Positions 18,414 to 27,038 of a DNA stretch of 56,257 bases are shown here, piece by piece. Position numbers and translations under genes: made by a program. The first letter of the stretch is position 1. Every line of letters begins with the position of its first letter. The notes beneath the pieces are model-generated. The model had not been told where the DNA came from and did not search any database. It saw only the letters and a program-made list of their open reading frames with translations. The stretch is from IMG/VR virus record IMGVR_UViG_3300037478_000584, positions 1 through 56,257 of that record. One strand, given 5' to 3'. This stretch comes from a virus (taxonomy: Duplodnaviria > Caudoviricetes).

Positions 18414-19007
18414 CCCAACCACGGTCCGCAACCAAGCGGGCCGCACCACTTCAAGCGCGCGCTCCACGGACGCCACGGTCCGGAGGTATTCGCTGTCCGT
18501 CATGCCGCCGCCGTTCAGTTGGATGGCGATCTGCGCCCTGTTGCTGGAGAACTCGAAGCCAGGCGGACCGGGGTTGATGCCTGGCCACCACGAGAAGATG
18601 TCCGCGTCGGCCGGAACGGTGAGCGCCACGAAGGCATTGCCCGCTGCGTTCTCCGCCGCAGCCTCGATGTCCGCGATGGTGTGGCCAGCCAATCCGCGCA
18701 GCTTCGAGGCCAGCGCGTCCCGTCGGCGCCGTCGCGAATCGCTACGTCGCGGCCGCAGATTGCAGGCGCGCTCGTAGCTCTCCAACAGGTCCGTCATCTT
18801 CCGCGGGATCAGCGCATTGCCGAAGCGGCGGTTGATCTGCCAGATGATCGTGACCGCCATCGCATCGGTGCCGACCTCGGCGTACAGCTCCGTGTCGTCC
18901 GAGATGTCCCAACCCGGCGACAGCGCGTCTAGGAGCGCTTGGTGCTCTACGTCGACGATCGTATCGGCGCCACCGAAGCGCCACGGGAAGCGAGCAGGGA
19001 AGCGCAT
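18348..19007 (-). CDS. baseplate wedge protein (Mu gp48/DUF2313-like)
   Basis: MTDLLESYERACNL...RRDALASKL, VRPAW; synteny after baseplate J. Confidence 0.7.
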   Translation of the reverse strand: MRFPARFPWRFGGADTIVDVEHQALLDALSPGWDISDDTELYAEVGTDAMAVTIIWQINRRFGNALIPRKMTDLLESYERACNLRPRRSDSRRRRRDALASKLRGLAGHTIADIEAAAENAAGNAFVALTVPADADIFSWWPGINPGPPGFEFSSNRAQIAIQLNGGGMTDSEYLRTVASVERALEVVRPAWLRTVVGLGTGPGTSFVVNQGIVGWTII

Positions 19008-19010
19008 CGG

Positions 19011-19520
19011 TCAGGCGAAGTCCCAATCGATCGTGATCGGGTCCGTGCTGCTATCGCCGACGTCGGCCAGGGTTGCCTTGGGCGACTCGACCTTGACCGT
19101 GACGACGTTTGCCGAGATGGTGAGCACCTCGGCGTACAGGTCGTCCGTCTCGTCTCCAGACCGCGGCGTGACGCGACCGGTGAAGAGCGAGACGGTCTCG
19201 GTCGCGTCGAGGCCATTCGTCCACGAGACCGGGAAGGTCAGCGTGTAGAGGCCGGTCGCGGTCTTCGACACTGCGGGCTTGGTCGCTCCGGCGCTGCCCC
19301 AATGGGAGCGGTGCGAGACGTTCGCGGCGTCGACGGTGGTTGGCGCAGCGGTCGCGGTCGAGATGAACGTGCCGCGCGTATGCGAGGACGTTTGCGAGCC
19401 CTGCGCAACGGACTCCAGCAACAGGTTGCCGTAGTCGGCGCTCATCTCCGATTCCGGATCGGCGACTGGTACGGCGTCGACGAACGCGCCGCCGAGGTCA
19501 GCTAGTGTGAGTTGCTGCAT
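19011..19520 (-). CDS. hypothetical tail/baseplate protein
   Basis: 169 aa within the baseplate operon. Confidence 0.55.
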   Translation of the reverse strand: MQQLTLADLGGAFVDAVPVADPESEMSADYGNLLLESVAQGSQTSSHTRGTFISTATAAPTTVDAANVSHRSHWGSAGATKPAVSKTATGLYTLTFPVSWTNGLDATETVSLFTGRVTPRSGDETDDLYAEVLTISANVVTVKVESPKATLADVGDSSTDPITIDWDFA

Positions 19521-19523
19521 GGG

Positions 19524-21050
19524 TCAGACCTTTGCCCTAACGCTCAGATTCTGAATGGTGATCATGTTGGGCGCGTCGGCCGTCGTGGCCGGAACGCTAG
19601 GAGTCGTTTGCGTGGTGGTGGTGCCGGTTGCGGTACGGCTCGCGTACGAGACGTCGAACACCTCGGCGTGCGCATTGCTGATTGCGGACAGCGCCGTCGT
19701 GGTGAGCGCGTAGGGTCGCTCTACGTCGGGCGCTGGCTTTCGCCTGGCGTACCGCAACAGGTCCGCGTCAGCCGTCTTCTCTCCGGGTCCGAGCGTCTTC
19801 ACGTAGGCCACGAATGCGTCGGCGTATTCCTGGAGTTTCTCGGCCATTGCGCTACAGCGGGCGCCGACCACCACCTTGCCGAGCAGTGCGGACTGTTGTG
19901 AGTCGACAGTGATCACGTAGGCGCCGGACGAACCGCCGACGCCCACCGCGGAGAATTCGTAGAGCGCCTCGTCGTCCGCGTTCCAAACCGCAAAGCGATT
20001 GCCCGCCGCTGGGGGGTCCGCGCTGGTGCTGTTCACCGTGAGTGAATTGCTACCAACCGCCGTGACCTCGGCCCAAACGTTGGCGCCGTTCTCCGCATCG
20101 GATGGCCACGGAGACGAATCGGTCCAGCCCCCACCGGCGCCGCCCGCTAGGACGGGATACGGCGTGCTCATGTCGATCACGGCATCCAGCGGCTCGAGCG
20201 CGACGCTCGTGAGGTTCAGTGCCTCGTCAATGCTGCCGGGCATTGCAGCTCGTACCGTCGCAGCGGCAATGGCCTGCGTCGCAACGTTCAGCACCAGGCC
20301 GTCAGCGTCGCCCACGATGGCCACGTCGTATGACGAAGGGCCGCGCATGGTCGGATAGACGAACGCCTGATCGACGCTGGCCGATGCGTCCTCGGCCGTC
20401 TGCGCGACGAAAGACCAGTTGCCGCCGCCTACCGGAAAGCCGAGGCGTCGCAGCAGTCGGACGCGCAACTCCTCTTCGTCGTCCGCCTCGCGCCCGCCAT
20501 CGATGCCGCCGGCCGCGACGGTTGACTTCGGCTTGAGGTTGGCGACCGATGCGCTGTCCCAGGTGAGGAACGTGCCGGCCGCTGCGTCGACGTCGCCAGC
20601 GTCAACTGACTCAACCGCAACGGTGTCGCCGGTGATAGCGGTCGGGTACGCGGCGGTCGTCTGGTAGGTGATGCCTGCCGGCGACGTTGCCTTGTAGCCG
20701 ATCGGAATCGAGACGGAGCCGTCCGCACCGGTCTCCAGCGTAACGGTGACGAACCCGGACGCCTTCGACGCCTCACGACCCGTCACGCCGAAGAACCGCG
20801 CGAGCTTGATCAGCGCGTCGCCGGTCGCCTTGTACGGATCGATATCGCGCAGCCGTAGCTGACCGTTCGCCAGTGCCAGGCTGATGCGGTTCGCCAGCGC
20901 CTCGCACCGCTTGTAGTGCGCCGACCCGCGCTTGACGTTGACCGTGACGCCCTGGCGCGCATAGCGATAGCGCAGGTCGTTCAGGAGCTGGTCGCGGATC
21001 TCGTCCACGGTCGGCAGGCGCTCTGCCGTGACTGCGAATTCTGTAGCCAT
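19524..21050 (-). CDS. baseplate J-like protein (Mu gp47)
   Basis: ATGDALIKLARFFGV, GGREADDEEELRVRLL, GGGN...AFVYP..RGP. Confidence 0.9.
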   Translation of the reverse strand: MATEFAVTAERLPTVDEIRDQLLNDLRYRYARQGVTVNVKRGSAHYKRCEALANRISLALANGQLRLRDIDPYKATGDALIKLARFFGVTGREASKASGFVTVTLETGADGSVSIPIGYKATSPAGITYQTTAAYPTAITGDTVAVESVDAGDVDAAAGTFLTWDSASVANLKPKSTVAAGGIDGGREADDEEELRVRLLRRLGFPVGGGNWSFVAQTAEDASASVDQAFVYPTMRGPSSYDVAIVGDADGLVLNVATQAIAAATVRAAMPGSIDEALNLTSVALEPLDAVIDMSTPYPVLAGGAGGGWTDSSPWPSDAENGANVWAEVTAVGSNSLTVNSTSADPPAAGNRFAVWNADDEALYEFSAVGVGGSSGAYVITVDSQQSALLGKVVVGARCSAMAEKLQEYADAFVAYVKTLGPGEKTADADLLRYARRKPAPDVERPYALTTTALSAISNAHAEVFDVSYASRTATGTTTTQTTPSVPATTADAPNMITIQNLSVRAKV

Positions 21051-22564
21051 CAGGATGCCGTGGAGACGATCGATTGAAGCGCCGCGCCTTCTTGCGCACC
21101 GCTCGCACCGCCGAGGATGTGGACGAACTTCGCCGGAGCGACCCGCGGCTCATCGGCACTCGTGTCGCTACCGTCGCCAGTCGTCGCGCCGCTTACCGTG
21201 AGGGTGACGCCGGTCGGGAGGTGGCGCGCCCGCACGGTGAGCGCCTGGTCGCGGCTGAACGTGACGGCGCCAGCCGCTGCGACCTCGGTGCCGTGCAGCA
21301 CGAAGTGATAGCTATCGTCCGAGCCGTCGTAATAGACGCGATTGTCCGCGTCGATGTGGATGACGTCGTGCTCCCCCGTGACCTCGTCGTACGCATAGAG
21401 CGGGGCGTACGTGACGGTCAGGTCGAACCAGCCGCTTGGTGCTACGGCCGATGCGAGCGCTTTGGTGTAGCTGGCCGCGCGGGTGAACGTGGCGTTGTCG
21501 GCGCCGATGAAGCTTGTTGGGTAGCTGCGCGCTTCAAGCTGCATGCCCCAATAGCGACACGATCCAGTGTCAGCACCAGATGACCTTGGTGTGATGCGTA
21601 CGAAGGTTCCGTCGCTCGCCGTAGTCCCCGCGCTCGTGGCCGATGCAATCGATGCGGTAGCGTTCCGATAGGTCCAATCGTCGTCTTCGGAGGAGAACGA
21701 AACGGTCGCGTGGTTGACGCCCGCCAACTGATCGCGCAGCAGGAATTGCGATGTCCCCGTGGCACCGAGCTTTTGCGCCCACCCAGACACGTTCCACGAC
21801 CCTTCGATCGATCCAACGATCGAGACCTGCGACTCAGCCGACGCGCTGTCGTCCTCAGCCTCGCAGCCCTCGGTTGTGCCCGCGGGGGTGGTCGCAGCAT
21901 TGAACGTTAGCGGGAATCCGCCGAACTGTGTCCAGTCCTCAACGGGCGCCGGTTGCGAAAGGTTCGTCGCGTCCACCTCGTTCAGCAGCCCCCACGCCAC
22001 ACCGTCGCGCGAGAACCCGCGCGCAGCATTCGCTGCGAACCCGGTCTCGACGGAGCTGGCCGACGTCTGCGCGCTGGTCTGCGCCGTGGCGCATTCGTGC
22101 GTGAGCCACGACGTGAGGGTGAGCGTTCCGTCTGCGGTTGGCGCCGCGGCAGTCCACGACACGTCGCTCCACTTCGGACCGGAGACGGTGAGCGACACGT
22201 CGGTGCTTCGCAGCACGTCGTAGTACTTCGCCTCAACGCGGCTCCGTCCGGCGCCTACCGGATTGACGAGGATCCGAACGTTTCGGATCGTTCCCTCATT
22301 GACCAACTCGGCGAGCGCCTCTTGACCACGTTGCTTGAGCCGGTTGAGGCTGCGCGTATCGAGGAAGCCGGTCGGCTCGTAGATGGCGAACGATAGGAGC
22401 GTTTGGACGCGTTGCGCCGTCTCGCGCATCGGCAGGTTGTTGCCGTCGCTGTCCAGCTCGTACCGGCCCGTGCCGAAGTTCACCGACTCGCTGCCGACGA
22501 GCTTCGTCGTGGCAGGAGACGGCAGGGTCGCCTGCTCGGCGTATGGTCCGCGCGCGAAGGCCAT
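21050..22564 (-). CDS. gp46/gp25-like baseplate protein fused to carbohydrate-binding-like domains
   Basis: N-terminal ~130 aa (QRVQTLL...EALAELVNEG) followed by WGMQLE...TSFI..TRAA module. Confidence 0.6.
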   Translation of the reverse strand: MAFARGPYAEQATLPSPATTKLVGSESVNFGTGRYELDSDGNNLPMRETAQRVQTLLSFAIYEPTGFLDTRSLNRLKQRGQEALAELVNEGTIRNVRILVNPVGAGRSRVEAKYYDVLRSTDVSLTVSGPKWSDVSWTAAAPTADGTLTLTSWLTHECATAQTSAQTSASSVETGFAANAARGFSRDGVAWGLLNEVDATNLSQPAPVEDWTQFGGFPLTFNAATTPAGTTEGCEAEDDSASAESQVSIVGSIEGSWNVSGWAQKLGATGTSQFLLRDQLAGVNHATVSFSSEDDDWTYRNATASIASATSAGTTASDGTFVRITPRSSGADTGSCRYWGMQLEARSYPTSFIGADNATFTRAASYTKALASAVAPSGWFDLTVTYAPLYAYDEVTGEHDVIHIDADNRVYYDGSDDSYHFVLHGTEVAAAGAVTFSRDQALTVRARHLPTGVTLTVSGATTGDGSDTSADEPRVAPAKFVHILGGASGAQEGAALQSIVSTAS

Positions 22565-22848
22565 TAGACGATTGGGAGGTCCACGTCGGTGCCGCCCGCG
22601 TTTACCATTGCGTCAACGTCAGCGATGCGGGCCGCGCCGTTGGACTGGATGTAGCCGACGAGCGTAGCGATGGGGCCAGCAATGCTCGCGAACGCTTTCT
22701 TGATCGCGGTGCCGTGCTCGCCTGACGGGATGGTGTTACCGTCCGCCTGGTAGCGCGCAATGAACGCGTCGTACAGCTCGCCAGCGGCGCCGCTCTTCGT
22801 GACGGTGCCGGCGGAGTTCACCGTTACGGTGCCTTCGGTCATTGCCAT
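22564..22848 (-). CDS. hypothetical baseplate-region protein
   Basis: 94 aa; AFASIAGPIATLVGYIQSNGAAR. Confidence 0.55.
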   Translation of the reverse strand: MAMTEGTVTVNSAGTVTKSGAAGELYDAFIARYQADGNTIPSGEHGTAIKKAFASIAGPIATLVGYIQSNGAARIADVDAMVNAGGTDVDLPIV

Positions 22849-22855
22849 GGTGGAG

Positions 22856-23161
22856 TCAGGGATCGAGAGGACAGGAGAGGGAAGGGAAGGGCGGAAGCGA
22901 GAAGCCTGGAATCGAAAAGGCGGGCAGTGGAATCGTGAAGGTCGGGATCGAGAAACCTGGCAAGTCAAGCGAAGGAAGTGAGGGCAGGGACGGAAGCGCG
23001 AATGCTGGGATCGCGAGGGTTGGGAGCGGAATCGTGAAGGCCGGGATCGAGAAGCCCGGAAGGTCCAGCGAGGGCAGCGACGGCGGGGACGGGAGGGAGA
23101 ATCCCGGGATGGCCAGCGTCGGCAGCGGAATGCTGAACGCTGGGATCTGACAGAGACTCAC
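22856..23161 (-). CDS. Pro/hydrophobic low-complexity repeat protein
   Basis: Repeated IP(A/G)FSIPLP.. units; GTGA overlap with the spike gene. Confidence 0.65.
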   Translation of the reverse strand: MSLCQIPAFSIPLPTLAIPGFSLPSPPSLPSLDLPGFSIPAFTIPLPTLAIPAFALPSLPSLPSLDLPGFSIPTFTIPLPAFSIPGFSLPPFPSLSCPLDP

Positions 23162-23820
23162 GGGGCCGCGAACACCTTCGACGAAACGACGTTGACCGGA
23201 CCGCCAGGAGCAATCGCCACCGCAGTGGCCGGAGTGGGCGGAACCGGTACGCCACCGCCCATGTCGCCAAGCTGCACCGACGCCGCCACGGCCTGAATGG
23301 CATTCGTGAGCATCGCAATCGATTGCTTGTTGAGCGTGATTGAAGCTCCGCCATTGACGGCCAGCACAATCTCCTCGCGGCCGATGCTGATGAAGGTGGC
23401 ACCGACGGTGAGGACGATCTGATCATTCTCGCCGTCGTTGATGATCATCTGACTGTCGCCAGACGCGGCACCCTTCGTGTACGCGATGACCTGATCGGTG
23501 TCGCGCTTGACGAGCAGTTTAGCTTCGCCGTCCGTAAAGATCGCAGTGTCGCCTGGCTTCAGCGTGCCAGCCTGCGCTGCAATGCGGTTGTCTTGCGCGG
23601 CGAATGGTACCCGCTGGTCGTCGTCCTCGGCGCAAAGAACCTGCGCCGCCTCGCCACCTTCCGGCAGGAGCGGAACGCTTACGACGTTCGCCAGTCCGAA
23701 CATGGGCGCATTCGCCGAGAACCCCTTCTCGCGAAACGCATCGCCCACACGGAGCGTCACGGCGCCGTTCGGCTGCACGTCGATGCCGACCACGTCGGCA
23801 ATGGTGTATTCGCGAGCCAT
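23158..23820 (-). CDS. baseplate spike/assembly protein V (Mu gp45-like)
   Basis: G.ANVVSVP...QVL...DNR...LKPGDTAIF; synteny. Confidence 0.75.
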   Translation of the reverse strand: MAREYTIADVVGIDVQPNGAVTLRVGDAFREKGFSANAPMFGLANVVSVPLLPEGGEAAQVLCAEDDDQRVPFAAQDNRIAAQAGTLKPGDTAIFTDGEAKLLVKRDTDQVIAYTKGAASGDSQMIINDGENDQIVLTVGATFISIGREEIVLAVNGGASITLNKQSIAMLTNAIQAVAASVQLGDMGGGVPVPPTPATAVAIAPGGPVNVVSSKVFAAP

Positions 23821-24545
23821 CAGGAGGGCATCATCGTCTCAAGCAACGGAGCCCATTGGATGGCCCCGTCGCTCTGGCGACGACAGTAGAGGTGCACATT
23901 GGTGAGCAGCCGGAAGAACGCTTCGACGGTGATGGTGTTTGCCGCCACGCCGAAGACCGAGGTGGCCAGCGCTGTGTGAGACAGGATCACCGTGCCGCTG
24001 AACGTGTCGCCGGCCTCGTCTGGTTTCTGAGCGAGAGCGAAGTATTGGCTCGCGCCTTCGTCGGTGCGCTGCGACAGATACCAGTCGTACTCGTCGCTGC
24101 CTGGCGTTCCGTCTGCGGCCTCGCTGTTGGCCGTGATAGTGACCGGTACGCCCTCGAACGTGGTTGTCGATCCGGTGAGCCCGCCGTCGAAGCTGTTCGC
24201 TCTGACGAGGTTCGTGGATGACGTTGCGCCGGGGTACTCCGGCTGTCCGTCCGGATCCTCGCGCCAGAAGGTGATCGTGACGGTGACGGCCGATTCGCTC
24301 GTGAGGTCCGTGTCGACAACGAGCGTCTCGTCGTCGAACGATACGACCGTGAGCAGGATGGCATCGTTCGATGCTGAGCCGCTGATGACGGCGCGCATCC
24401 CAACCTCGATACCAAGCGTGTCCCAGTCGGTGGCGAGGCGGATGATCTGATTGTCGGCACCGTCCGCGATGTTCACGCTCTGCGTGTTTGCGATACGGAG
24501 CGCGAACCGCTCGCGGAAGTCCGAGTGTGTTGGGAGGACGGCCAT
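23820..24545 (-). CDS. hypothetical virion protein
   Basis: 241 aa acidic beta-rich ORF between hub and spike. Confidence 0.55.
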   Translation of the reverse strand: MAVLPTHSDFRERFALRIANTQSVNIADGADNQIIRLATDWDTLGIEVGMRAVISGSASNDAILLTVVSFDDETLVVDTDLTSESAVTVTITFWREDPDGQPEYPGATSSTNLVRANSFDGGLTGSTTTFEGVPVTITANSEAADGTPGSDEYDWYLSQRTDEGASQYFALAQKPDEAGDTFSGTVILSHTALATSVFGVAANTITVEAFFRLLTNVHLYCRRQSDGAIQWAPLLETMMPS

Positions 24546-24547
24546 GG

Positions 24548-25765
24548 TTACGCGCTACGTAGGTCCAGGGAGTTAAGCGGAACCCACGTCAGCTCGGTGT
24601 GCTGTCCGCCCTGCCGCTTGGCGTGCTTGGTGGTTTCTAGAAGCCACATGCGCTCATCGATCGCGATGTCGTTCACGACGACGCGGCCCACGGTGTCGAT
24701 CGTCCAGATGTGTTTCGTCTTGCTAACGAGCCCGTCGACCGTGCACTTCACCTGGAAGCCGGAGGCGGCGCGCTGCATCGCAACCATCCGCGCCCACGAG
24801 ACGCACCGATCGACGTCGCGGCACTTGTCGTCGCGCATCATGTGCGGCTTGTACGGAGAGAAGCGCGAGCGATAGAGATGGCGGCCCGGCTTCAGCGCCT
24901 CGAACTTGTCCTTGCCGAACGGAAGGTCTGCGTCGAGCGTGTAGTCGGGGATGATGACGCCAGAGACAGGAGGCGATGCGCTGGTAGCCTTGGCTCCTTT
25001 CGGTGCCTTTCCTACAACGACGTAATGAGAGAATTGGCCATCGTTCGTGTCAGACCACGAGATGTCTCCAGTCATCGGATCGCCGGCGTACACGCCACGA
25101 ACCTGCTCCACCGTGTAGGCCGCGGCCTGGTCAAAGTCTGGCTGACCGAGGATTAGCCGCCCGCGTCTGTCGGTACGCAGCGCGAGACCGAACCGACTGA
25201 ACAGCGCCGCAGCGTACTGGTAGGCGCTCGCGTTGCCACCATGAGGCGCCTTGAAGTCCTTTAGCTTGACGTCAGAGAGAACGACTGGATCGGCGCGACC
25301 AGAGAGGCTTTTCCCGCTGATGGCCGCAACGTCTGCGGCAGTGTCGGTCTCTAGCGAATCGAAGCCGTAGGGGCGCAGCACGTCGAGCACCACGCTTTCA
25401 AGCGGCGTGTCGACGTCCAAGTTCTTGCCGTAGAATGGATCGACGGCGCCCTCGACCGCTGCGTGCAGGAGCGTCTTGCACGTGACCTGCAGCGTCCACC
25501 CGTTGCGGCGCGAGATGCTACCCTGTACGCTCGTCACCTCGGCGGTGGCTTGCTGGCTCCCATTGATCCAGAGCGTGACGCGCTCGCCCTTCTGGAGGCG
25601 CGAGAGGTAGCTGTCGCGCTTGGCAACGTTTGGGTTGCTGACTACGAACTGGAGATCGTCGACAGGCTGGATGTAGTTCTGCCGCAGCGTGACGCTATCC
25701 CATACGGTGATGGGGTCGCGGTCCGCGAAGCGAAGCTCTACGGTTGCTCGGTTCTTCTCGCTCAC
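24548..25765 (-). CDS. baseplate hub/tail protein (Mu gp44/gpP-like)
   Basis: WDSVTLRQ...LRTDRRGRLIL...FSHYVVVG...IWTIDTVGRV..GGQHTELT. Confidence 0.8.
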   Translation of the reverse strand: MSEKNRATVELRFADRDPITVWDSVTLRQNYIQPVDDLQFVVSNPNVAKRDSYLSRLQKGERVTLWINGSQQATAEVTSVQGSISRRNGWTLQVTCKTLLHAAVEGAVDPFYGKNLDVDTPLESVVLDVLRPYGFDSLETDTAADVAAISGKSLSGRADPVVLSDVKLKDFKAPHGGNASAYQYAAALFSRFGLALRTDRRGRLILGQPDFDQAAAYTVEQVRGVYAGDPMTGDISWSDTNDGQFSHYVVVGKAPKGAKATSASPPVSGVIIPDYTLDADLPFGKDKFEALKPGRHLYRSRFSPYKPHMMRDDKCRDVDRCVSWARMVAMQRAASGFQVKCTVDGLVSKTKHIWTIDTVGRVVVNDIAIDERMWLLETTKHAKRQGGQHTELTWVPLNSLDLRSA

Positions 25766-26673
25766 GCGAATGCCTTCAGCATAACGCCAGCCGGAACAAC
25801 TGGAGTCGCCAACGCGCCAACGTTGAGCCCGATCACCTCGGCGAGCGTGTTGCCGTTGTCGCGCGCGAATGCGTCAAGCGTCGTGGGCGCCGTGGTGAGA
25901 ACCGACTTGGTCTTACGGGCGAGGAACGTGGCGCGCTCTTTGATCGCCTCCGTCGTGGCCCACAACGTCATCAGCGCATCCTTGACCTCGATCGTCGCGT
26001 GGTTCGCGATGAGCGTCGGGTCGGTGGTCGCGATGTCGTGCACCTGATCGATGATGCCCTGGACCTCGCCGATGAGACCGAGCACTTGCAGTTCGACCAG
26101 AAACGCTACCGAGTTGATCTGCCCGAGCAACTCACTCAGGCTCGTCGCAACGTAACCGGACGGGAAGAACAGTCCGGCGTTGGCCATTGCCGCATCGGCT
26201 GCCACGGCCGCCTCCTCAAGCGTGAGCGATAGCGGCGAGAACTCTTGCGCCAGCTCTGGATCGAGGATAGTGGTGCGCCACGTGACGTTGACGACCACGC
26301 CGGCCCGGTACTGCGAGACGACCTGCACGTCGCCGCCCATGACGACAACGTTCAGCGTGCCGAGAATGGGGTGGACCATCTCCTTGACGCCGCCGTCAAA
26401 GAGCGCCTCGCGCCACGTGTTCCAGCCGTCGGGGAACGACCCTGGAGCCACCTTGTTGTTGAAGTGGAGCTTCGTCGTGATCTCGATCGGGTCGCGCCCT
26501 GTCCACTCGTGAAGCGCGTCGTCGATGTACGGGATCGGCTTCTCGGCCTGGCTGTGCTGGAACTTGAACGAGACTTCCTCGACGCCGCATGGCGGAAGGT
26601 CGCCCTTGTTCGGATCCGTGACGACAAGCTCCGGCAGAGCCGCAATCGCGTTGTACTCGCCGAACTCGCTCAT
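25762..26673 (-). CDS. DNA circulation protein-like (Mu gp43/N) with LysM-like C-terminus
   Basis: IPYID...EWTGR, EMVHPILG, EVIGLN...VVPAG. Confidence 0.75.
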   Translation of the reverse strand: MSEFGEYNAIAALPELVVTDPNKGDLPPCGVEEVSFKFQHSQAEKPIPYIDDALHEWTGRDPIEITTKLHFNNKVAPGSFPDGWNTWREALFDGGVKEMVHPILGTLNVVVMGGDVQVVSQYRAGVVVNVTWRTTILDPELAQEFSPLSLTLEEAAVAADAAMANAGLFFPSGYVATSLSELLGQINSVAFLVELQVLGLIGEVQGIIDQVHDIATTDPTLIANHATIEVKDALMTLWATTEAIKERATFLARKTKSVLTTAPTTLDAFARDNGNTLAEVIGLNVGALATPVVPAGVMLKAFA

Positions 26674-26693
26674 GGTGTAGTAGCCTGGTCGCC

Positions 26694-27038
26694 ATGCAAG
26701 GCGACGAGTGGATGGTGGTCACGAGGCACGGCAGCGTCGGACCGATCTCGACCGAGGCGCTGCGCTCGCAACTGGAGGCGTCGCCCATGGCCACCGATGC
26801 GCGGGCCATGCTGGTGCGCACCGGAGAGTCGCGGCCGCTCTACGACTGGCAGGCGTTCGCAGACCTGGGCGCCGACGCGCCTAAGCCGGTTGACCCACGA
26901 GCGCTAACCCGGAAGCGTGGGCTGTCGCTGCTCGGTGTATTCGGTCTCACGATCGTGGCGTTGCTGTTCGTGCCGCTACCGTTCGCTGCGCCCATCACGT
27001 TTCTGGTGGCGCTGATCGTCTGGTGGGCAGTCGATTAG
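26694..27038 (+). CDS. GYF_2/DUF4339-like domain membrane protein (moron)
   Basis: W.V.....VGPISTEALRSQL...W pattern; two C-terminal TM helices; leaderless TAGCCT-7-ATG. Confidence 0.6.
   Translation: MQGDEWMVVTRHGSVGPISTEALRSQLEASPMATDARAMLVRTGESRPLYDWQAFADLGADAPKPVDPRALTRKRGLSLLGVFGLTIVALLFVPLPFAAPITFLVALIVWWAVD

Noticed and set aside
22856-23161. DNA repeats as a DGR template/variable repeat pair
   Set aside because: Differences are not adenine-specific, the repeats are in-frame protein repeats, and no reverse transcriptase is in the window
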